Shown piece by piece: positions 15,856 to 29,848 of a stretch of DNA of 64,000 nt (positions are counted from its first letter, which is position 1; the number at the start of each line of letters is the position of its first letter). Made by a program: the position numbers and the translations under genes. The notes below the pieces were generated by a model, which saw nothing but the letters and a program-made list of their open reading frames with translations, was not told where the DNA came from and did no database searches. The DNA is from Eledone cirrhosa (lineage: Eukaryota), in contig OZ024751.1 in NCBI GenBank assembly GCA_964016885.1, forward strand, positions 28,830,001 to 28,894,000, written 5' to 3'.

Positions 15856-16645
15856 GCGCGATAATAATCCAGAAGAGAAAATAATATAACGTTTCAAAGC
15901 CTATTTTTTATTCGTCTTTGGCAGTTTTAATTAGTATGTCATCTTAGACATAATTGTTTTAAATGAGACGCGATGAAATAGCGAACGATAAAAACTAACA
16001 CAAGACACAGACAGGTCTAACTGAAAACCTTTGGACCAGGAAAGATTGCTCCAAGAAACAGACAGTTATTCTATGGTTATGGCTATACGAACAGCATTGT
16101 CCACGTATGCACACTCACACATTCACTATCAATGGCTCTAACAACCATAATTGCTTCATAAAGTAAGCAGAGTTTTCTTTACACCATTGGACTTAGGTTC
16201 TGTGTAATAAACTGGCCCTTATAAATATAAAAACTATTTCTTGTCGAACAAACAGCTAGGTTCCCTTTGTGTGTGTGAGAGGTTTGTGTGTGTGAGAGGT
16301 TTGTGTGTGTGTGTTGGTGTTATAATAAGTTAAACGTATTAGCAGGCTTCGACTATTCACTTGGAGATTCACTGCGAATCTCAGAGATTCTATAATAAGT
16401 AAAGAAGATCCGTGCAAGGAAATCCTTCTTTAATCTAAAATGTATTATAACATGTTAGATATTTAATTTGGATCAACCAACTGTGTGTATATTGATATAT
16501 ATTATATATACATATCTCTATACCTACTCTGCATCTTCCCATGTATCGAGTACTCCCATGATTACTGCTCTCCTCGGTGTCAACACCTATATATATACAT
16601 ACATGCATAGATTCTCTAAATAGATATGGTATAATGATGAACGAT

Positions 16646-16679
<34 letters not shown>

Positions 16680-16906
16680 GTGTGTGAGTGTGCATGCGTG
16701 TGTTGTGTGTGTGTAGGGGGGTGGGGATGTAATGTTAGTGACCATGCACACCTGTTACTGCAACAAAATCCAGAGGACAACAGAATAATTACTAATTATA
16801 ATCATCTTCAAACATCATTAGTATCATGCCAATTATGAGAGAGGCGAGCAGCTATTGTGTGTTACGTGTACGCACACACACACACACACACACACAATGT
16901 ATGTGC

Positions 16907-16939
<33 letters not shown>

Positions 16940-17028
16940 CAACAAGTGGTGTCGATATAGGTAAAGAAGTGAATGTTACGTTGATTCATATATATATATT
17001 TATATTTATATATTTTTATATATATATA

Positions 17029-17172
17029 CAGTGAAATTCCGTTATAACGAAATTCATGGGGTATATAAAAAAATGTGTATAACGAGATCGACCTAACACA
17101 TCGATCGTGTGGTGCGAGGATTGAAAAACATTTCGTTATACTGAAAAATTCGTTATAACACAATTTTACCTG
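17029..17172. mobile_element. Tigger/pogo-type MITE
   Basis: TA-CAGTGAAATTCCGTTATAACGAA...TTCGTTATAACACAATTTTACCTG-TA imperfect TIRs. Confidence 0.65.
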
Positions 17173-17238
17173 TATATACATACATGTATGAATGTGTATC
17201 TATTGACGGAATTTTACCTGTATATACATATATATATA

Positions 17239-17271
<33 letters not shown>

Positions 17272-17590
17272 TGTCATAGATTATTGGCAGACGACACACG
17301 TAGAAGTTTGTTATTGTTTTGAAGATGTCAATAGAATCACCAGCAGCAGAAGACATGTGCATCTCTGATTTTGTTGTCTCCAAAATTGACATATTCAACA
17401 TGTTAAGTGTTGTGTGTGTTGGCTAAACACAGAGAGAGAGCCATCCATTTCTCTGTCTCTCTCACATACTGATATATAATATATATTATTACTTACATCA
17501 ACAATACAATGCATTATATGTTATATAACACAACTCGTACCCCGGATTGAGTACTCTACGGATTTGAATGTTTATTACGAAATTCAACTA

Positions 17591-17641
<51 letters not shown>

Positions 17642-17730
17642 AATTCCGTCGAAAAAGTCCAGGAAAAAAGAGTGCTCTATGTAGGTAACAGAGCTTAATA
17701 GTTATGTAATAAAATATGTAATTTATTACA

Positions 17731-17794
<64 letters not shown>

Positions 17795-17968
17795 CTGAAG
17801 GGGTATCAACGCCAAAACTTCGAAGTCACTACTACCTTTTATTTTTTCTTCTCAAAATAAATCTTAAAGTCTGCTCTCTGCTGACATATATTGAGTGCTC
17901 ATTTAGTTAATCTTTCAACACTTGTACACCAAACACCGACTTCAGTCTGAGTTGTGTGTGTGCGTATG

Positions 17969-18022
<54 letters not shown>

Positions 18023-18391
18023 CATACATATTTGTGTGTGTGTGTGTGTGTGTGTAAATGAAGGAAGATGAAAGAAACAACATCCGAAACGTTAAAACTC
18101 TTTTCCTACTATACCAAGCATTAAATTAATAATATATATATTCTATTGTTCTCGTGTGGTTTTTTTAATCCTTGTTGACTTTACATATATATATATGTGT
18201 GTATATATAGTGTATATATATATATATAATTTCAGTGACTCCCACCCAAACTATAAGCCCCTTCATAAGTCCATCTATTTGATCAAAGGATTGCCGGGGG
18301 TTACATAACACCAACAGTAGCAATAATAATATATATTATATACCTAGAATCATTTAGTATACATACATACAAAGATACATAAATACATAAT

Positions 18392-18443
<52 letters not shown>

Positions 18444-18565
18444 GCATACACGACACTATGTATATTCATTTAATCTGTGTTAGTTAATTCTTGACATAAA
18501 CCTTACGTATCCGACACGTAAACTTATATAGAGCCTGTTCATACATAACCACTGTGCGTGTGTGT

Positions 18566-18838
18566 GTGAGAGCCAAGGCGTGCGTGTGTGTGTGTGAGAG
18601 AGCCAAGGCGTGCGTGTGTGTGTGTGTGTGTGTGTGAGCCAAGGCGTGTGTGTGTGTGTGTGTGTGAGAGCCAAGGCGTGCGTGTGTGTGTGTGTGTGTG
18701 TGAGAGCCAAGGCGTGCGCGTGTGTGTGTGTGTGTGAGAGAGAGAGCCAAGGCGTGTGTGTGGGGGTGTGTGTGAGAGAGAGCCAAGGCGTGTGTGTGTG
18801 TGTGTGTGTGTGTGTGAGAGCCAAGGCGTGCGTGTGTG
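18566..18838. repeat. Eight GAGCCAAGGCGTG cores separated by variable (GT)n
   Basis: Cores at ~18570, 18600, 18636, 18668, 18703, 18744, 18780 and 18818. Confidence 0.9.
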
Positions 18839-18995
18839 TCTATGTCCGTGTCTGTGTATAATTGTGTTGATATCGTTATCAACTTAATATCCACCGACTG
18901 AAATATGGATATAATATTGACGATGTATTTATATTTTATTATTCAATAAAACTTGGATATCCTTCCCAAACACTTTCCTTCAATACATACATACA

Positions 18996-19041
<46 letters not shown>

Positions 19042-19058
19042 TATCTGTATATACATAC

Positions 19059-19102
<44 letters not shown>

Positions 19103-19298
19103 GATGTCGAACGGTCGACGAGAGAAGAGTAGTGAGTTTATAAAAGGGTCAGTTTGATTCTAGCAACGACTACTGCCAAGTAAAGCAGCAGGCTACCTAT
19201 ATATAATATTATATATTGAACTAAATAAAAGAGCCGAGAGAGAGAGAAGGAAATGATGAGAAAGAAACAGGTGTAATAACAACACTAAACAACTCTAA

Positions 19299-19354
<56 letters not shown>

Positions 19355-19449
19355 TGTCTAGCTATCTATCTTTCTTTTATCCGATCACAATCTTTCTCTT
19401 ACAAAAACTTAAACTAAAAGCAGATTCTTGGTTGAATAACTAGCGCTGT

Positions 19450-19528
<79 letters not shown>

Positions 19529-20029
19529 TACATATACTGTTAGACGGACACATCAAGTGGAAGTGTAGAAGATAGACGAAGGTATATATATATAACACAG
19601 AGACAAAATATCTTTTATCCTTTTCCTTTTCAATATATATATATATTATATACATGTATCTTTTCTTTTCTTTTTCTTTTTTAAGGGGGAAACGAAAAGA
19701 GATAAAAGATAGGTGTTCTATGGATTGAGTTTTTGGAGAGTAGATTATTTAGGTTTGGAAATAAAGTTAGGAAAATGTTCGCAATTTCTTTCTTTTTCTT
19801 TTTTTTACATATCTCCTATTCACACACATACATATGTTTGTGTATATACACATATACATATGTATGTATACATTTATACATAGATTTATATATATATATA
19901 TACACACACACACATATGTACAAATCCAAAGCGATTTTTTCTTTCTTTTTTTAAGGAGGAAAAAATATATGATATAAAATATGATGGAATAATGTAATAG
20001 AATAGAATATAATGAGTTTGTTTGCTTAC

Positions 20030-21494
20030 CTGCAAGTCTAAGAGCCGACATCCTCTGAAACTCAGGTTCTTGTAACCATTTCCACATCCTCCGAAAAGTT
20101 TCACGTCCGGACTTAAGTTTGCTCCATGGCTTAGGGTTTCTTAACAGATCGCTGAGGGTCCCTTGGCTCCGGCACAGCACTCTTTGAGCGAACACAGCCT
20201 GTGGGATACTGTACCTTTTCAGTTCGCTACTAATCTTTTGTGCTAACTCCTTGGTGTTAATTTCTTCAACTTCTTTATTAGACGAGGACTGTTGGGACTC
20301 AGACGAACTCGAGGACGTAGATGGTCGCTCGCGCTGGGGACTCATGCTGTGATGGCTGTGAGGGGACGAAGTGGCCACAGAAGTTTGCAAACCATTCATA
20401 GATGAAGGGGTCGGCATCATGCCACTAGGAGACGGAAGCCTCGAAGAGCTTGGTGGTGGTGCGCCGAGGCTGCTTCTATATGCTTCGTAGTTGGTAGGGG
20501 ACACCATTTTCGGTTCGGGCTTGGGCGAATGGAGCCCGTTCTGGCCGTGGCCATACCCGTACGAGCTTAGCCCTTGTTGGTAGCCGTTGCTAGCCATCAT
20601 CGAGGACATGGGGCTGCCACCCAGGGCTGTGCCCATGCTCATACCCATACTGGTCAATTTATCGTAACGGTAGTTCATGTCCATTCCTAGTCCATTGTTT
20701 TGCATCAGTGTAAAACTGCCGCTGACGTTCGACGTTGGGGGAACGTGATGAGCGGCGCTGAATTTGTCCGACACGGTGGAAATGGGCGGCAGAGGCTGTA
20801 GTGGTGTCAGGGTGGCGTAACTGTTGTTGGGGCTGTAGCCGGGACTCATCCGGCCGTTCAAAGTCTGGTAGGTGGCTGCTTCGCCCATCTGGGAGCGGAA
20901 CTCACTGCTGTCGATCATGGTGCTCACACTGACGGGGATCGCCTCCGAGGAGGAACGCGCTGCGGCAATGTTAGAAGGCGACAGGTCGTGGGGACTTACT
21001 GTGTATTCTGACGCTGCCGCCGCCGCCGCCGCCGCTGCCGCCGCCGCAGCAGCTACAGCCGCCGCTGCTGTTACATGGCCTCCTCCTCCTCCTCCGCCTG
21101 TCGTTCCTCCTCCTCCGCCGCCGCTGCTGCCGCCTCCTCCTACTTCTGTTGTACCTCCTCCTCCTCCTCCTCCTCCTGCACCACCACTACCGCCTCCAAC
21201 CGCTCCTCCATTATTATTGTTATTATTAGTATTAGTATTACTATTACTATTATTACTACCGTTCGTTCCTCCTCCTCCTCCTCCCGGTCCTCCTCCTCCA
21301 CCAGCTCCACTTCCTCCTCCCGCTCCTCCTCCATTACTACCTCCTCCACCCGTTCCTCCTCCTCCTCCTCCTGTAGTTCCACCACCACCACCTCCCCCTC
21401 CTCCTCCTCCACCACCACCACCACCAGAGGCTGCCACAGACGAGGACTCGTTGATTTGTTGATCGGCAAGTTCGCCCATGTTTTCCATCGTCAT
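20030..21494 (-). CDS. onecut: ONECUT/HNF6-class CUT-homeodomain transcription factor, main coding exon (N-terminus, TP box, CUT domain); homeodomain exon not in window
   Basis: Translation has YATLTPLQPLPPISTVSDKF (ONECUT TP box, ~20761-20820) and EEINTKELAQKISSELKRYSIPQAVFAQRVLCRSQGTLSDLLRNPKPWSKLKSGRETFRRMWKWLQEPEFQRMSALRLA (CUT domain, ~20267-20031). The exon ends at GCA G|gtaagc (GT at 20029-20028), the phase-1 intron position known in ONECUT genes. ATG at 21494 (MTMENMGEL). The ORF-track extension to 19767 is intronic. Confidence 0.95.
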
Positions 21495-23299
21495 TCCTAC
21501 AAACACACAAAACGAAACGAAATGTTCCAACAAGAATATTTGGTTGTTGTTGTTGTTATAAGCAGTATAATTACTATATTATATTATATACCACCGTTGT
21601 TGCTGTTGTTGTTCTTCTTGTACTTTGTTCTTAGTTAATTCTTATCGATGATGTTGATAATGATGGCCGTAATTCTTTTTATAACAAGGAGTTTAAGGGT
21701 AGAGTTATGGGGTTGTCACTCTTGCTTTAATGTTTTGTTATTATTAATAATATTAATTTATATTTATACATACATATATATACTGTAAATATATGTGTAT
21801 ATATATTATATCCCCTTTTTTCTTTAATTTCCCTCTTATTCGTCCTCTTTCTCTTTCAGTCTATAAATTTATTTTCCTCTCTCTCTCTTCTCAGTTTGTT
21901 CTTTTTATCCCCTCTCTATTTTCAAACCTTTCTGTCTTTATATATGTATATATATAGATATCAATAGAGAAGGTATATAATGTTTTGTTTAGTTAGTTAG
22001 TTTTTAAGTTCGACGTGATTATGTATTGTAAGCCGGACGGGTTTCACTAGCCGCCAACACTTACTAAACTACACAACACTCTTAATAAGTCAACTTTTAC
22101 TGTCTTTCTTTCTCTCTCTTAACTATCTTAGCTCTTCGTAAGCTTTTGTTTATTAATTTATATATTATATATATATATAATCATGTATGAATATATATAT
22201 GTAGGGTGTATGGGTGTGTATAGTTTGTTTGTTGTTTTTTTCGTGTCGTTATTATTATATATTGTGCGTGTGTTGTTTATGTGTGTATATCTATATATGT
22301 GTGCGTATGCTTGCTTGTATTTGTTTGTTTATGTCATAGATGTATACGTACGTATGTGCGTGCGTGTGTGTGTTTGTACACATGTATATATTACTATATA
22401 TAAATATGTGCTTCTTTGTACATATTTGTGTATAAATAGAGAGACATATATATGTGTGTGAGTGTTTCTTTGTAAATATATATAAATATATATATATATA
22501 TGTATGTTTGTGTTTGTTGTAACACTGTACAAATAAATTAAATTAAATTAAATTAAATAAATAAATAAATATGAACAAACAAACAAACAGACAGACAAAT
22601 AAATATACAAATAATTTAAGTGGAAATGGGGAATGATTATTATATCTTTATATACACTGGGAGATCGGTCGGGAGTGCTGGAGAATCAGCAATAAATAGA
22701 TAGTGGTTTGTACGAGTGGTATTATCAATCTAGGTGCGAGTGGTATTATAATTCTAGGTGCGAGAGATTGTAGTAGTGTAGAGTGGTGGTACCACTCGCT
22801 TCTACTGTTAATGAATAAATAAGTACGGAGTGAAGGAAGCCTTAGCTATTTGGTGCTGTGGTTGAAAATGTTATGCACATATAAATATATATGCCTGTGT
22901 AAATGTGTCTGTCTCTGTGTGAATGAATGTAGATTTGTGTTCGTGTGCAGCAAAAAAAAGCAAACGAGTACACACATATATATATATAGCGAGAGAAAAT
23001 GTAGTATATATATATATATTTATATATAAAAAAAAGACTGTTGTTTATTAGCAATGGTATTGATCTGACTAGCTATCTAGTTATTTATATATATAAATAT
23101 ATGAACAATAAGATTTTTTTTTCGTGAGCGTGTGTGTGTGCATACAACAATATCTATGTGTACAATGAAATATTAATTCGAGGAATACGGGCTAAATAAA
23201 GTGGAAATAGAATTTATGGTGGAAAAAAAGAGATGTTTCGGACAAATGCAGTAGTGAAAGTGAAAGAAGGATAGTGACTAATGAATAGAGAGAGGTTGT

Positions 23300-23930
23300 G
23301 AGAGATAAAGAAATTGTTCTGATAAATATAGATCTCGGACAGATATATAGCGAGAGATTCGAAGAGACGAAGAAAATGTTCTGATGAAGTGAAAATAGAT
23401 ATAAAGATATATCTGGGACACAGAAATAAAGAGATTCTGGGAAGCAGAAATATTTCTGATGGAGGGGAAACAGAGATAAAGAAGATATATTTGGGACAGA
23501 GAAGTAGCGAGAGATTCGGAGAGACGGAAAATTTTCCTGGTTAAGGGGAGATAGATATAGATTTGGGATAGGGAAATTGCAAGAGATTCGGAGAGACGGA
23601 AAATTTTTTCTCGATGAAGGGGAAACAGAGATAAAGATAGATTTTGGGACAGAAATAACGAGAGATTCGGAGAGACGGAAATATTTCTGATGCAAGGGAG
23701 ATATATATGTATATATTTGGGACAGAGGTGTAGCGAGAGATTCGGAGAGACGGAAAATATTTCTGATAAAGGGAAAACAGAGAGGTATATCTGGGACAGA
23801 GATATATAGAGAGATGTTGAGATGGACAGAGATTATTTCAATGAAGGGAAAGAGAAATAGAGACAGATGTGGGACAGAGAAATAGAAGGCGATTGGAGAG
23901 AGACAGAGAATGTTCCGATGAGGGGGAAAA
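23300..23930. repeat. Degenerate ~70-80-bp purine-rich minisatellite
   Basis: GAGATTCGGAGAGACGGAAA and T.TGGGACAGA each recur 5-7 times. Confidence 0.8.
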
Positions 23931-24954
23931 TGAAATTGATTTGGTGAAATAGAAAAAAGGTCTACGGATGGATGATGAAACGGAATGAAACCAAATAATA
24001 ATGATGATAATAATAATGATGATAGTAATATATATTAAGGAAGAAGCTGCGAAAAAGAATGGTAAGGTTAAGTGAATAAGGCTTATAATAAAACGTAGTG
24101 GGAGAGAAATAGAGAGAGACAGAGATAGACAAATGAATCTAAAATTACGGAAGGTAATAATTGGAAGTAAGAGAGGTGGGGTGTAGAAAATAACAAACAC
24201 GGAAAGAAATATTATTTTTTTTAGTGGAAGTAAATTCGATAACTAGACAAATTATATTAGTACAGACGTGTATGTATGAGAGATGACTTTACAGATATAC
24301 ACACACACACACACACACAGAGCTTGCTTGCAAGTATGGATGGATGCGAGAAGCACCTGCCTGCCTCTGTGTGTGTGTGTGTGTGAGTGAATGAGTGAGT
24401 GTACGTCAAAGTGTTAGGGTGTGTGTTAAATGATTAAAATAATAAAAAAAAATGTGTGTGTATATATATATATAAATATATCAAAGAGCTCGATAAAGAA
24501 AAAAGAGAGGAAGGTGTGTTGTTTGTTGTTAGTAGTAGTGATGGCTGTTGTAATAATCGTCGTAATAGTGGTTAATTCCAGTAGGAGGAGTGTAAAAGTG
24601 TATGTATTAAAAGAAAAAATTGGGGGTTGCCTTACTCAGTAGGCCAGTCGACGTCAACAAGAAGAGGAGTAATAATAGTAGTAGTAGTGGTGGTTGCAGT
24701 GATGGTGGTAGTTGTAGTAGATACATACATAGCTAGGTAGTATAGCAAGCTGCTGTTGTTGTTGTAGTACGGGCTGTTGTTGAGGGTGGTAGATAAGTGC
24801 TAGTAGAACAGTCGATAATAGGAGTGGTACTTTCAATAGTAGGAGTGGTAGTACTAACGTAGAAGTGGTAGACAAAAGGTCGCAGATAGTGGTGGTGGTG
24901 GCCAAGCTGTTCCTGCTGCTGCTGCTGTACATCCATGTTTGGACAGCTGGAACC

Positions 24955-25080
24955 ACATACGACCTGCGCACACGTCACTGCGCAGCCAATCAAACTCTAC
25001 TGCGCTTGCGCAATGACACTTCGTCGAAGCCAGCCAGATAAGCAGGACGGTGCCCAAGTGCGCACTCCGAGTGTACACTC
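24955..25080 (-). promoter_or_regulatory. Candidate ONECUT promoter/proximal element
   Basis: Locally GC/CpG-rich, repeat-free patch with CACGTCA (CRE/ATF-like), GCCAATCA (CCAAT box) and TTGCGCAA (C/EBP-like palindrome), ~3.5 kb upstream of the coding exon. Confidence 0.35.
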
Positions 25081-25827
25081 CATGTAGAACACTTCCGTAG
25101 ATAGGGAAAAAAATCAGAGTGGAGTGTAGTGCACTTTTAGCTACTCATTCTTAGACAACGTTTGTGTCTGCGTAAACGTATATTCTTCTACGAAAAATTA
25201 TTAATTTTCACGTTTTTATGATTATAAATTCGGCTTTATTAATATGAAAAAAGAATTTAAGATTTATCCTTATATTATCAAACACAAAGAATTTGATATT
25301 TGATATTCGATGCATTAAATTATATATACATGCTATCTATCGTGAGTCTATATGTGGATAGCAGTGTATTTCTGTGTCTGTATGTATATATATGTTTATG
25401 TGTATTTATGTGTGTTAATGTATTAATGCACTTGTGTGTGTATATGATGTAAATATGTAAATATATATGTATGTTTCTGCATTGAAATATCTAAGTGCAT
25501 ATCACACGTTCGTATCACACAGCGTGTATAGAGAAAGAGAGACAGACAGATAGATGTAGATATAAATAGAGATATTGATATATATATATATATATTAAAT
25601 ATATATAAAGTATGTATTTTGTATATATTAAACATGTGCACATTTACGAATGTTTTGTGCCTAATCTTGAATGAGAGAAGCGTAACTAAGTCAAATGTAT
25701 ACATTGTGTAATTAACAGTGTTTTGCTTGACAACAGACAGGTCAATTATAAATAAAGACGGATTTTCTTTCGGCTTTTCACCAAATGTTTTGTTTACGTT
25801 TCTACTTTCTTTTTCGATATATATGTA

Positions 25828-25870
<43 letters not shown>

Positions 25871-26172
25871 CCCGAGTCCAATCGGGGGTAACTATAGTAA
25901 GGTACTCGATACATAGAGTATATACAATATTTAATATAGAATAGGCTTCTACAGGACTAGAACTGTTTCATATATGTAGATATATCAGTGTTGTTATTGT
26001 TTTTAGGAGGCTATTTTTCACTGCTCTCTTTAAGTATTTTAGTTTACACTTTATAATGAAAAAACATCACTATATTTATTAATACTTCATGTCCCACCGT
26101 TTTATTATTTATGTGTGTGTTATTTGATTCGAAGGTAGCAAAAAAAAAAAAGCTATTAAGTTGTTAAGTGGA

Positions 26173-26211
<39 letters not shown>

Positions 26212-26371
26212 TATATATATATAAATACGGTATATATATATAGATGAAAATGTATGTATATATATATATATTTGTGTATGTGAAACATATATTGAAAATA
26301 ATAGAAATGAAATAATTATCGCCGGCCGTTTTATCGAAGAATTTAAATTTATCTAACTTTTTAAAGGGTAT

Positions 26372-26434
<63 letters not shown>

Positions 26435-26438
<4 letters not shown>

Positions 26439-26480
26439 TCTGATGATGGACCCAACTACGACCGAAATTCGATTAAAGGT
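26435..26480 (+). ncRNA. Minimal type-I hammerhead ribozyme (slightly degenerate)
   Basis: atctt-CTGATGA-tggacccaactacgacc-GAAA-ttcgat-TA-aaggt; 5-bp stem I with one G-U; directly after a (TA)n tract. Confidence 0.55.
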
Positions 26481-26656
26481 GATTATCATTTTTTTTTTAA
26501 TTATTATTTACAGGGAACTATGTATATATATATATATGTTTACATGTCTATATGCTAAAAGTGTGTATGTTTATATACATATTGACGCAGTTTCGCTTAT
26601 ATCTAGCTTGTATTTATATAGATATAACTTTATATACATAGATACATACATACATG

Positions 26657-26699
<43 letters not shown>

Positions 26700-27032
26700 A
26701 AAATATTTGAAATGGAATTTGTTATTGATGACAGCGATGGTTATTTTTGGAATTAGTTGAAATATTTTGGAGTTTCGTGTCGGTGTGTGTGTCGGTGTTT
26801 TTAACGGTAGCAGTCTATTCTAGTCTAGTTCTAGCACCGAAAAGGTGAAAGAATGATGAAAGAAAATCATCAACGAAATGGATTTTGAACGACAGGCATG
26901 CTGTAGTTTTGGGAAATATAATAAATACAACCACTCTCTATCTCTCTCAGTCTCTCTCTCTATATATATATATAGCTATATCTCACGTTCTCTCTCTCAT
27001 CTCACGTTGTATCTATCTCTCTTCTGACTCTA

Positions 27033-27077
<45 letters not shown>

Positions 27078-27641
27078 CATGTTCTCTCTCTCTCTCTTAT
27101 GTTCTATTTATCTCTATATATCTCACGTTCTGTTTTTCTATAATTCTCTCTCTCTCTCTCTTTTTCCCAACATATCTCTCTCTATCTCTCTCTCAACATT
27201 ATATAAATCATTCAATAATTACTTTCGTATTTTCTTTATTTTCTTCGTTTTTTTCTTTCTCTCTCTCTTTCCTTATCTCTTCCGTCTTATCTTTTTTTTT
27301 CTTCTTCGGAATCTATATTAGAAATAATGTTTTTATTTTGACTCCATAGACAGGATGGTCTGAAGCGATAGTTTATGTTTGTGTTGGACGGGAGGGGGGG
27401 GGTAAGAAATATATTAATATATTGAATAACTGAATATATAATAGATATATATTATATATATTATATTATATATATATACATTAACTGGTGTTGCGGACAG
27501 ACACACAGAAGAAAAAAAAAAAAAAGAAACAATCTTTTAGATTGAGAAACACGCAGTTATTTTCAAGCACGCAATATTAGAAATTTATTTATTCCTAGTT
27601 TCACTATCTTCACGTTATTTACTCTATCAAAGCCCCCCCCC

Positions 27642-27685
<44 letters not shown>

Positions 27686-27720
27686 CACACACACACATAC
27701 ACACATATATATATATATAC

Positions 27721-27772
<52 letters not shown>

Positions 27773-28496
27773 AAAAAAACACAAACAAACTTCGCCGATC
27801 AGTCATTCATCCCGGTGAGAAACAAGAAATTAGAAAGAATTTTCTTAATTCGATTATTTTCTTTTTAAAGAAAAGGCGGTCAGGTGTCAGTTTTTTTTTG
27901 GGGGGGGGGATTATTTTGTGTTGTGTTTTTTTGTTTTTTGTAATTAATGAACAGGCTGTGCCAAATTAAGAATTTGGTAAGGCCCTTGCTACCTATTTAA
28001 AGCTTAGCGGCCTCTCGTTAAAACATTTCAAAAATCACACTTGAAAAAACATTGAATATACATAAGTTTTTTAATTATTTAAAAATCCCTGCGAACTTTA
28101 TGGTCCTCAGCTGTAGATAGATTTAATAAACTAAAACACCCCCACGGTGTAGGTAGGTTCATTAGCTTATTACGTTAAAATCCTGCGGTATTTACATGTC
28201 TTCTAAAGAAAAACAAAAGTGTAGAGAGAATTTAAAAAAAATTGGTGTACCAAAATTAGTTTAATTTTTTTCTATAGTCGTTGAACTTTCAAAGTAAGTT
28301 TTAAGGACTGTGTGCTGGTAGACATGCCTTTCCTGATAGTATTAACAATAATTTCCTTAAGGTAATAAAACTATTGGTACCCCACGCATGATATGTCCTG
28401 TTGCGGGATATCTCGATATCTCGGCTAAGAAGTAACTTATTTATCTCTATTCCTCTACACTACGTTTTTTTTTCAAAAACTAAAGAAATATATATA

Positions 28497-28581
<85 letters not shown>

Positions 28582-28663
28582 AAAAAGTCAGGACCCCGAC
28601 AGCTGAGCTCCGGCCGTTTCGGCAGCTAGATCCGAACTATATATATATGCATGTATGTATATA

Positions 28664-28862
28664 TAGGCTGGTTTCAGTCGATAGACTTCGGCAATTTTGG
28701 GGCACCGCCAGCCTTGAAGGGATTTAGTCGATCTTATCGACCCCGAGTATATTTTGGGGGTAGGTTGGGGTTGGTGGGGTGGCTGGGAAGGGTTCAAGTC
28801 TAGTACACACTTTATCGATCTTATTTTGTCGAACCGCTCGTTATAGGACGTAAATAAACAGA
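28664..28862 (-). mobile_element. SINE-like dispersed repeat fragment (second copy ~43878-44062)
   Basis: TTCAGTC...GGATTTA..GTCGATC.TAT.GACCCC...TTTATCGA...TCGAACC shared by both copies. Confidence 0.6.
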
Positions 28863-29153
28863 GACAGACAAAATAGTAAACACGCGCACACACATACACA
28901 CCTATATCTATATGTATATGTATATGTATATATATATGTGTGTGTGTGCAAAATGTAAACAGAAATAACTAAGCAAACAACACAGTACAATGAAGAAATA
29001 TATTAGTTTAACGCTTGATATAGTATGTAAAAGAGTCTTAACGTTTGTATGTGTATGTGTTTTGTATGGGTATATAACGGTCTCTGCAGTGTTCACCGAC
29101 CAAATTTTACTCGCAAAGCATTGGGCCAGTTCCATACTAAACATCTATGTATG

Positions 29154-29186
<33 letters not shown>

Positions 29187-29777
29187 CCTGGAATTGAAGG
29201 TACCACACAGTAGGAACGAACTCAAAAGCCTGCAATAGGTAAACGCACACCTTAACCTCACAACTATGCTAACGTCGTGCAAGTATTTATTTAATAATAA
29301 GTTGTCTGTCTGCCGGTCTTTCGGCTTGTCAGTCTGTCAGTCTGTCTACCTATCGGTCTTGTTTTATTTGAACTTCTTAAACTCAATCTACGGTGATTGT
29401 TTAAGGTTTTAGCAGTAAATAAATGTTACAGATTTTCAGTTGAAAACAATGAGAAGTCGTGCTCATTTGTTTTCCAGTGGTGTGTCTATATCATAAAAGG
29501 GTCGGTAGACACATTCAGCAAACACCACACCGCGTAAGCGTTGCAATTGTGCTCAAACTGTCTGATGTGTTGATGTTCGCCCGCATATATATATATATAT
29601 ATACACACACAGACATATGTGTGTGTATAGTGTTATATATATATATATATATAACACGCTAGAAAGTCTTCTTAAGGGGGAATTAGTTCTATAAATGAGC
29701 TCGTTGAACAAAAGGTGTCGGCCAGTGTCGTCTGCAACTATAATATATATATATGTATGTATGTATGTATGTATATA

Positions 29778-29848
<71 letters not shown>

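Noticed and set aside
18566-18838. CRISPR-like repeat-spacer appearance
   Set aside because: 13-bp cores, spacers are (GT)n microsatellite, eukaryotic context, no cas genes.
20872-21638. Pro-rich and Ser-rich plus-strand ORFs and the Glu-rich alternate frame
   Set aside because: Shadow frames of the ONECUT Gly/Ala triplet repeats.
23300-23930. CTGATGA...GAAAC motifs in the minisatellite as tandem hammerheads
   Set aside because: No stem II and no convincing stem I or III; likely chance in purine-rich repeats.
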